Positions 6,720 to 12,966 of a stretch of 12,966 nt of DNA are shown here, piece by piece. The translations under genes were made by a program, and so were the position numbers. Position 1 is the stretch's first letter; each line of letters opens with the position of its first letter. Below the pieces are notes generated by a model. That model ran no database searches. It worked only from the letters and a program-made list of their open reading frames with translations, and was not told the DNA's origin. Source of the DNA: Candidatus Hydrogenedentota bacterium (GTDB lineage Bacteria; Hydrogenedentota; Hydrogenedentia; Hydrogenedentales; SLHB01); the NCBI GenBank assembly GCA_045863295.1, contig BTWA01000067.1:1-12966 (forward strand), in the 5' to 3' direction.

Positions 6720-9700
6720 ATGGAGTTCGGACTTTTGCGGGCTGCAGGGCTTTTGGGTCTATGGCCACGATACGGACGGCAGACTGCCCTGATTGCACTT
6801 TTCATCGGCGTGGGAATGTCCTTCCCCATGGCATTTGGGGACTACCAATTCGAACGGATGTGGCCGCTGCAAATTGCGCAAACTCCCATCCTCAGCGCAC
6901 CCAAAGACATCGAAATTGATCGCGAAGGCAACATCGTCATCGCGGATTACTTGAATGCCCGGATCGTCAAAACGGACGAGGATGGCCGCATACTTTTTAC
7001 TTGGGGCAGCAGCGGGTCCGGCCCCGGCAAGTTCAATACACTATCCGGTGTTGCCGTGGGTCCGGACGGGTCCATCTTTGTCACGGAAGGCGTCTACGGT
7101 ACTATTCAAAAATATACTTCTACCGGCATCTTCTTGGACGAATTTGGCGGCGGCAACGGCGCCGGTCCAGGACAATTCGACGAGGCATTGTACATTGCGG
7201 CGGGTCCGGGCGGGCTACTGTATATAACCGATAAAGGCAATCACCGTGTCCAAGTGTACGATGATGAAGGCAACTACATTACTCAATGGGGGTCTTTCGG
7301 GAGCAGCACCGGCCAGTTTTCGTATCCGGCTGGCATTTGCGTAGCCAACGATGGGTCCATACTGGTCGCCGATACCGGTAACAATCGTATCCAACGATTT
7401 TCGAGCGACGGAACGTTTCTACAGACTTGGGGGACTAGTGGCGCTGGCGACGGCCAATTTCAAGATCCGTACGGCATCACACAATCCGGCGATGGGACCA
7501 TTTATGTCAGCCAAACCTCAAACAATCGTGTCCAGTATTTCGACGAGAACGGCACCTTTCTTGGGAAGTGGGGCAGTTCGGGCATTGACGAAGGCGAGTT
7601 TTCGTTTCCTGTCGCCGTCGCCGTAGTTGATGGCGGATCGGTTTATGTCGCGGATCAAACGCAGAATCGCATCCAGAAGTTCACGTCCAGCGGCACGTTT
7701 CTGCTGCAATTTGGCACCTACGCGAGCGGTTCGGATGGTTTCAATGATCCCCGGGATGTGGCGGTCGCCGGCGACGGATCGTTTTACGTCGTCGAGCGCG
7801 GCGGCAACCAAGTGCAGAAATTCGACAGCTCTGGTCAGTTCGAGCTGAAGTGGGGCACTCCCGGCACAGGCGACGGCCAATTGGGCGATCCGAGCGGCAT
7901 TGACGTTGGACCGACGGGATCGGTGTATGTCGCGGAAGACGCCAATGACCGGGTGCAGGTATTTGACGAAGATGGTGTCTTCATTACGAAATGGGGCAGC
8001 GGTGGAAGCGGCGACGGCCAATTCAATGGATTGCGTGGCATCGGCGTGTCCGGCAGCGGTCTCGTATATACCATTGAAAATAGCAACCATCGCGTGCAGA
8101 AATTTGATGACGACGGTGACTTTGTCACAAAGTGGGGATCGTTTGGCACGGGCAACTCACAGTTCCGGTTTCCCACGGCCCTTGCCGTGGCAGGCGATGG
8201 ATCCGTGTATGTCGCAGACAGTGGCAACAATGAAATCAAACAGTTTGACTCGGATGGTGTTTTCATTCGCAAATGGGGCGGCTTCGGTTTTGGAAGCGGC
8301 CTCTTCAATACACCCGACGGGATAGCGGTCGGCTCCAACGGCAATGTGTATGTATTCGACAGCCAGAACTCAATGGTGCAGATATTCGAGTCGGACGGAG
8401 ATTTTATTGAGGAGTTTGGCGAGCAGGGGTATGGCCCAGGCGAGTTTTCGCAGGACGGCTACGGAATCGCGGTTGACGCCAGCCATGCGGTATTCGCCGT
8501 AGACACCGGCAACAATCGGGTGCAAAAGTACAAACCGATCACCGCTCCCACAACCGCCGATCGCGCCGTATTTGTCATCGGCGGCGGATCCTATCCGGAT
8601 AATACCTTGTGGCCCGCCACGTTGAAATCGGCGACACTCGCGTACGTGGCCTTACAACAACAAGGATTCAGCGACGAACAGATAATCGTGTTGGGCGGCA
8701 CCAATCTGAATCTGGACAATGACCCGGATTTTGAAGGAGACATGATCTCTTATTCCGGCGGTCTGGAGTATGTGCTCACCTACGAAGCACTTCAGCCGGT
8801 CAACGGATTACCCATAAAAAATGCCGTGATCTATCTGGTCGATCATGGCGGCAACGGCAATTTCCGGATGAATGAAGATGGGGATATTCTGCAAGCGTCT
8901 GACCTTGGTGCATGGGTGGACACGTTTCATGACGGTATTCCCGGCCATTTGACGTTCGTATATGACGCGTGCGAATCCGGTTCCTTTCAGGCAAGTCTGA
9001 ACAATCCAACCTATGCCAGCCGGCGGACACTTGCATTCAGCGCGAGTCAGGGCGAAGAAGCGAATTTCGTGCTTGGAGGCAGTATGTCGTTCTCCAATCC
9101 ATTCTGGGTTGGAATCCTCAATGGGGTATCCGTGGGCGATGCATTCGCCCAAGCACAAGGCAGCCTCGCTTGGAGTTTGCAGACGCCGCTGTTGTTTTCC
9201 GATGGCAACGGAACAGCCAACGAATCCGGCGACTTCACGGCAGCGGACACCGTCTTTCTCGGAGCCGGCAATTCCATGGGTTTGATACAGCCTTCCATTA
9301 CAAATCTGATGCCGGATGAACCGATCTCCGGTGTCAACGACAAATTGATTTGGGTCGATGATGTAACCGATGCGGATGGTATCGCGAGCGTGTGGGCTGT
9401 AATCACGCCGCCGTCGTATCAGTCCGCCTATTCCACCATGGCCGTGATCGATCGTGCGCGTGTCGATCTGCTTCCGGCAGGCGGCGACCGTTATGAAGGC
9501 ACATACGAAGACTTCGTTACAGCCGGGGTCTACAGTATCGACGTGTTTGCCATGGACAGCATCGGTCAAATCAACGGACCCGTTCACACGACCCTGACGG
9601 TCGGAACGCCTCCCACGCGCAAGGCCATTATCGTGCGTCCACAGGGCGCTACGGAGCAGGCTTTGAACGATGCCGCGCAGTGGGCGTATTCCGCTCTGAA

Positions 9701-12700
9701 GATTCAGGCCTATTCCGATAGCGACATCCACTACCTTGCCCCCGCAGGGGATAGTGATCCCGGTAAGGATGCCGACACTTCGTTGGCAAACCTGCAATCG
9801 GCGATTACCGGATGGGGCGCGACCAACACGCGCGACTTAACTGTGATCATCGCCGCGCCCGGCGTGTTGGGCGGCCTGCAAGTTACACCGTCGGAGTTTC
9901 TTGCCTGGCAAGATCTGGATGCCTGGCTGGATACGGCACAGTCGTCAATTCCAGGTATAGTCACGGTCGTCTGCGATGCGTCGGGTTCAGGGAGCATGTT
10001 GGGCACGCTGGCGGACTCCGAGCGATTCCTCGCCGCCAGTTCCGGCGCGGGGCAAGAAGCCCTGTTTGAGGATGGCGCCAGCTTTTCACTGCATTTTTGG
10101 ATTGAGGTGACGCTTGGCGCGACACTGGGAGACGCCTTCACAAACGCGGCATCGGTTATGAATTTTGCCTCGGGACAGCAGGCACAACTGGACGACAATT
10201 TTGACGGCTACTACGATACGAAAACGGACGGCGCCCGCGCGTTCGACTACTCCCTGGGCACTGGAATAGCCCTCGCAAGCGACGAGCCGATTGTCGGCGG
10301 AACAAACTGGCCAATGACGATCGCCGATACAGACACCACGGCGACCATCGAGGCGTGGGGAATCTCATCCCTACTGGCACTGGACAAGGTCGTGGCAATC
10401 GTCGACTTTCCCGATGGCCGTGCACCTGTGGAATTGGAACTGGTAGACGACGGCTTTGGTACTTACCAGGCTGAGTTAACCGGCATGGATCCATTCGGTA
10501 TATACGCCATATCCGTAATCGCCGTCGATATTCGAGGCATAGCTTCCGATCCCGCGGACGGCACAATAACCAAAACAAATCCGTCGGGAATCAATCCGGA
10601 TGCGTTTGAATCCGACGATTTTGCATCCGAGGCAGCGTGGGTCGGGGTCAATGCGTTTCCCGATCAGGCACACACATTCCACGAGGCTGGCGACGAAGAC
10701 TGGGTTGTGTTCCCGGCGGTGTCCGGCGAAACGTTTACCGTGGAAACAAACCGGCTTGGCATCCAAAACGATACTGCCATTCAGGTGTTCGAGGACGATG
10801 GCACGACGTTGGTGGGTTCGGCGGATGATCGCGGCCTGGGCGATGTGTCGACCCGGTTTGTGTTCACGGCAGGACACACAGGCCTTTTCTATGCCCGCGT
10901 GTATTATTCTTCGTCCGGCAGCGGGCCGGGATTTGGAGAAGGCACCGAGTACGAACTTCGGGTTTGGAAGGAAGTGGGGCCGGCTGTGCCCGGCTCGATG
11001 CTGATTACCGTACTCGACACTTTATCGCAGGCGGTCCCCGGTGCGAATGTAACCGTGAATCAAACGACACCCTTCTGGACGTACCAACTGCTGGCCAACG
11101 CTTCCGGTCAGGTAAACCTTGCGGGTCTGGAAGCCGGTCAGTATTCCATCAGCGCGACGGCAACGGGATACACAAATTCGTCCCCTGTCGGCGTGACCGT
11201 ATTCAGTGGATCAACCGCAACTCCCAACATCTCCATGCAGATGTTGGGCCGTGTTCAGACCACGCTTCTTCCCGCCGCCGCGCTCACTGCAGGGGCACAA
11301 TGGAAGTTATCGGGAGAAGGCAGTTGGCGGAATAGCGGCGATATCGCAAGTGGATTGAGCAATGGTCAGTATACCGTCGTCTATAAAGACACTGCCGGTT
11401 GGATAACACCCGCATCGGAAAACGTGAACGTGACGGCGGGCAACACAACATCCGTCACCGGCACCTACGTCAAGACCGGTTCGCTGCAAGTGTCCATTAC
11501 TCCCTCCGGCGCGGTAACGGCCGGAGCGCAATGGCGTGTGGACGGCGGCGCATGGCAGAATAGCGGAGCAACGGTCACCAACCTCGCGCCCGGCGCACAC
11601 ACCGTGTCTTTCAACACCGTCGCGGGCTGGAACTCGCCCTCCAATATCACAACGATTATCGTCTCCGATCAGACCACGCAAGAAAGTGGCGCTTACACCC
11701 TGAAGGTAGGCTCTCTGAGTGTGACCCTCTCCCCTGCGGGCGCGGTAACGGCAGGGGCGAAATGGCGCGTGGACGGCGGTGCCCCGCAAAACAGCGGCGC
11801 AACCGTGAGCGGCCTGCCCATTGGCGACCATACCGTTTCGTTCGACGCCATCGCCAACTGGGATGCGCCCGCGAATAAGACCGTGACTATCAGTGAAGGC
11901 GCGACCACGAATGAATCCGGCACGTATGTGCAACACACGGGATCGATTTCCATCACGATTAACCCTGCCGGCGCAGTCACGGCAGGCGCGCAATGGGCGG
12001 TGGACGGCGGTGCTTGGCAAAACAGCGGAGCGACCGTGAGCGGTCTCACCGTCGGCAGCCACACGGTGACGTTTAAGAATGTCGCGGGATGGGACACGCC
12101 GTCCGATATCTCGGCGACCATTACCAAGGATCAGACCACCTCAGACAGCGGCACGTACGTACAGCAGACCGGCTCGCTATCGGTTACCATCCTCCCCGCT
12201 GAAGCCGTAACCGAAGGTGCCCAGTGGCAGGTGGACGGTGGTCCGCTGCAAAACAGCGGCGCGACCGTAACCGGGCTGCCTGTGGGGGCGCACACGATCT
12301 CGTTCACGACGATCGCGGGCTGGGCGAAACCCGGCAACATCAACACAATGATTACGAAAGACACGACGACTACAGAAACCGGCACTTACACCCGCGACAC
12401 GGGCTCATTGTCCGTCACCCTGTCTCCGCCGGAAGCCGTGACGGCCGGCGCCGGTTGGCAAGTGGACGGCGGCGATTGGAACGAAACAGGCGATACGGTG
12501 AACGGCCTCTCCACCGGCAGCCACGTCGTGACGTTCCGCGCCGTGGACCATTGGGAGGAACCCGCCGCGTTGAATGTGATCATCGCGAAAGACGCGACCA
12601 CCAACGAAGCCGGGGCGTACGTTGAGAAAGGGTCCATTACGACCACCATCGAGCCAGCGGGCGCCATCACGGCGGGCGCGCAGTGGCGCGTGGACGGCGG

Positions 12701-12966
12701 GGCGTGGCAAAACAGCGGGGCTACCGTGAACAACCTCGCCCCGGGCAGCCACACCGTGCAGTTCAAGCCGGTGACGGACTGGACCACGCCTGATGATCAG
12801 AACGTCACGGTTACCTCCGGCGAAGACGAACCGGTGACAGGCAACTACGTGCAGCACACCGGCAGCATCATCGTGAACATCACGCCCGCGGAAGCGGTGA
12901 CCGCCGGCGCCCAATGGAAGCTCGACGCCGAGGCCACGTGGCGCAACACAGGCACGACGGCCACCG
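6720..12966 (+). CDS. Gene B: giant secreted multidomain protein (12 NHL repeats, C13-like clan CD peptidase, Ig-like, inactive C13-like copy, Ig-like, PPC-like, carboxypeptidase-regulatory-like, PEGA-like repeats); 3' end outside window
   Basis: Frame +3 is open from ATG 6720 to the window end (2082 codons, checked by hand) and has a GGAGG RBS. The N-terminus ...RYGRQTALIALFIGVGMSFPMAFG|DYQFERMWP resembles a long Sec signal peptide. Confidence 0.95.
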   Translation, partial: MEFGLLRAAGLLGLWPRYGRQTALIALFIGVGMSFPMAFGDYQFERMWPLQIAQTPILSAPKDIEIDREGNIVIADYLNARIVKTDEDGRILFTWGSSGSGPGKFNTLSGVAVGPDGSIFVTEGVYGTIQKYTSTGIFLDEFGGGNGAGPGQFDEALYIAAGPGGLLYITDKGNHRVQVYDDEGNYITQWGSFGSSTGQFSYPAGICVANDGSILVADTGNNRIQRFSSDGTFLQTWGTSGAGDGQFQDPYGITQSGDGTIYVSQTSNNRVQYFDENGTFLGKWGSSGIDEGEFSFPVAVAVVDGGSVYVADQTQNRIQKFTSSGTFLLQFGTYASGSDGFNDPRDVAVAGDGSFYVVERGGNQVQKFDSSGQFELKWGTPGTGDGQLGDPSGIDVGPTGSVYVAEDANDRVQVFDEDGVFITKWGSGGSGDGQFNGLRGIGVSGSGLVYTIENSNHRVQKFDDDGDFVTKWGSFGTGNSQFRFPTALAVAGDGSVYVADSGNNEIKQFDSDGVFIRKWGGFGFGSGLFNTPDGIAVGSNGNVYVFDSQNSMVQIFESDGDFIEEFGEQGYGPGEFSQDGYGIAVDASHAVFAVDTGNNRVQKYKPITAPTTADRAVFVIGGGSYPDNTLWPATLKSATLAYVALQQQGFSDEQIIVLGGTNLNLDNDPDFEGDMISYSGGLEYVLTYEALQPVNGLPIKNAVIYLVDHGGNGNFRMNEDGDILQASDLGAWVDTFHDGIPGHLTFVYDACESGSFQASLNNPTYASRRTLAFSASQGEEANFVLGGSMSFSNPFWVGILNGVSVGDAFAQAQGSLAWSLQTPLLFSDGNGTANESGDFTAADTVFLGAGNSMGLIQPSITNLMPDEPISGVNDKLIWVDDVTDADGIASVWAVITPPSYQSAYSTMAVIDRARVDLLPAGGDRYEGTYEDFVTAGVYSIDVFAMDSIGQINGPVHTTLTVGTPPTRKAIIVRPQGATEQALNDAAQWAYSALKIQAYSDSDIHYLAPAGDSDPGKDADTSLANLQSAITGWGATNTRDLTVIIAAPGVLGGLQVTPSEFLAWQDLDAWLDTAQSSIPGIVTVVCDASGSGSMLGTLADSERFLAASSGAGQEALFEDGASFSLHFWIEVTLGATLGDAFTNAASVMNFASGQQAQLDDNFDGYYDTKTDGARAFDYSLGTGIALASDEPIVGGTNWPMTIADTDTTATIEAWGISSLLALDKVVAIVDFPDGRAPVELELVDDGFGTYQAELTGMDPFGIYAISVIAVDIRGIASDPADGTITKTNPSGINPDAFESDDFASEAAWVGVNAFPDQAHTFHEAGDEDWVVFPAVSGETFTVETNRLGIQNDTAIQVFEDDGTTLVGSADDRGLGDVSTRFVFTAGHTGLFYARVYYSSSGSGPGFGEGTEYELRVWKEVGPAVPGSMLITVLDTLSQAVPGANVTVNQTTPFWTYQLLANASGQVNLAGLEAGQYSISATATGYTNSSPVGVTVFSGSTATPNISMQMLGRVQTTLLPAAALTAGAQWKLSGEGSWRNSGDIASGLSNGQYTVVYKDTAGWITPASENVNVTAGNTTSVTGTYVKTGSLQVSITPSGAVTAGAQWRVDGGAWQNSGATVTNLAPGAHTVSFNTVAGWNSPSNITTIIVSDQTTQESGAYTLKVGSLSVTLSPAGAVTAGAKWRVDGGAPQNSGATVSGLPIGDHTVSFDAIANWDAPANKTVTISEGATTNESGTYVQHTGSISITINPAGAVTAGAQWAVDGGAWQNSGATVSGLTVGSHTVTFKNVAGWDTPSDISATITKDQTTSDSGTYVQQTGSLSVTILPAEAVTEGAQWQVDGGPLQNSGATVTGLPVGAHTISFTTIAGWAKPGNINTMITKDTTTTETGTYTRDTGSLSVTLSPPEAVTAGAGWQVDGGDWNETGDTVNGLSTGSHVVTFRAVDHWEEPAALNVIIAKDATTNEAGAYVEKGSITTTIEPAGAITAGAQWRVDGGAWQNSGATVNNLAPGSHTVQFKPVTDWTTPDDQNVTVTSGEDEPVTGNYVQHTGSIIVNITPAEAVTAGAQWKLDAEATWRNTGTTAT
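6843..8537 (+). repeat. 12 NHL repeats (probably two 6-bladed beta-propellers) of gene B
   Basis: Regular ~47-aa blades, e.g. FSYPAGICVANDGSILVADTGNNRIQRFSSDGTFLQTWGTSGAGDGQ, preceded by YQFERMWP (6843-6866). Confidence 0.92.
8562..9270 (+). other. Clan CD (C13/legumain-like) cysteine peptidase domain with intact dyad, gene B
   Basis: RAVFVIGGG...AYVALQQQGF...AVIYLVDHGG (His 8844-8846)...LTFVYDACESGSF (Cys 8970-8972); spacing 42 residues. Confidence 0.85.
9618..10265 (+). other. Second C13-like domain of gene B lacking the catalytic dyad (pseudo-peptidase)
   Basis: RKAIIV...AYSALKIQAY...LTVIIAAPG (Pro 9858-9860)...VTVVCDASGSG (Ser 9981-9983)...SFSLHFW. Flanked by Ig-like segments at ~9291-9605 and ~10287-10575. 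Confidence 0.82.
10596..10967 (+). other. PPC (pre-peptidase C-terminal)-like domain
   Basis: PDAFESDD...A...HTFHEAGDEDWVVF...GETFTVET...DTAIQVF...DD...GLFYARV...YELRV. Confidence 0.7.
10992..11240 (+). other. Carboxypeptidase-regulatory-like (prealbumin-fold) domain
   Basis: GSMLITVLD...VPGANVTV...NASGQVNLAGLEAGQYSISATATGY. Confidence 0.65.
11247..12966 (+). repeat. Tandem 77-aa (231-nt) PEGA-like beta-sandwich repeats, 7 complete plus 1 partial
   Basis: Units start at 11247, 11478, 11709, 11940, 12171, 12402, 12630 and 12861. Consensus GSLxVTxxPxxAVTAGAQWxVDGGAWQNSGATVxGLxxGxHTVxFxxxxGWxxP...TTxxxGxY. Confidence 0.88.

Noticed and set aside
6476..6737. 10-nt direct repeat CGGACTTTTG at 6476-6485 and 6728-6737
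   Set aside because: Too short, one copy is coding, and there is no mobile-element or recombinase context; probably chance.
6169..6829. Small ORFs in the intergenic region (e.g. 6169..6456 -, 6363..6596 +, 6508..6792 +, 6545..6829 -)
   Set aside because: No recognisable protein features, and they overlap the predicted promoters and leaders.
11..12914. Short ORFs in the supplied track that overlap the two large genes, including 8808..9797 (-, 329 aa), 11307..12062 (-), 1268..1882 (+) and 3002..3571 (+)
   Set aside because: They are antisense or off-frame shadows of the two giant CDSs and show no recognisable motifs.
11247..12966. 231-nt periodicity as a CRISPR array or DGR template/variable repeat
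   Set aside because: The repeats are in-frame protein domains with synonymous divergence. There are no unique spacers, no adenine-specific mismatch pattern that I could see, and no cas or reverse transcriptase gene in the window.

Overview
The window holds two very large, divergently transcribed bacterial genes separated by about 610 bp. Both run off the window edges without a stop codon, which is probably why the supplied ORF track misses them; its short ORFs are overlaps of these genes or unsupported intergenic frames. I translated both frames by hand. Gene A (minus strand, probable GTG at 6109, >2036 aa): Sec-type signal peptide, two ~156-aa CBM-like jelly-roll repeats, a parallel beta-helix ending in a choice-of-anchor-Q-like motif, Asp-rich DxDxDG repeats, then the shared core. 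Gene B (plus strand, ATG 6720, >2082 aa): signal peptide, the shared core, a PPC-like domain, a carboxypeptidase-regulatory-like domain and at least 8 tandem 77-aa PEGA-like repeats. The shared core is YQFERMWP + 12 NHL blades + an intact clan CD (C13/legumain-like, caspase fold) peptidase (DHGG...YDACESG) + Ig-like domain + a second, catalytically dead copy (His to Pro, Cys to Asp/Ser) + Ig-like domain. The spacer contains two mirror-image promoter/leader modules with an unusual 19-bp -35/-10 spacing. Domain names come from motif recognition, not database searches.
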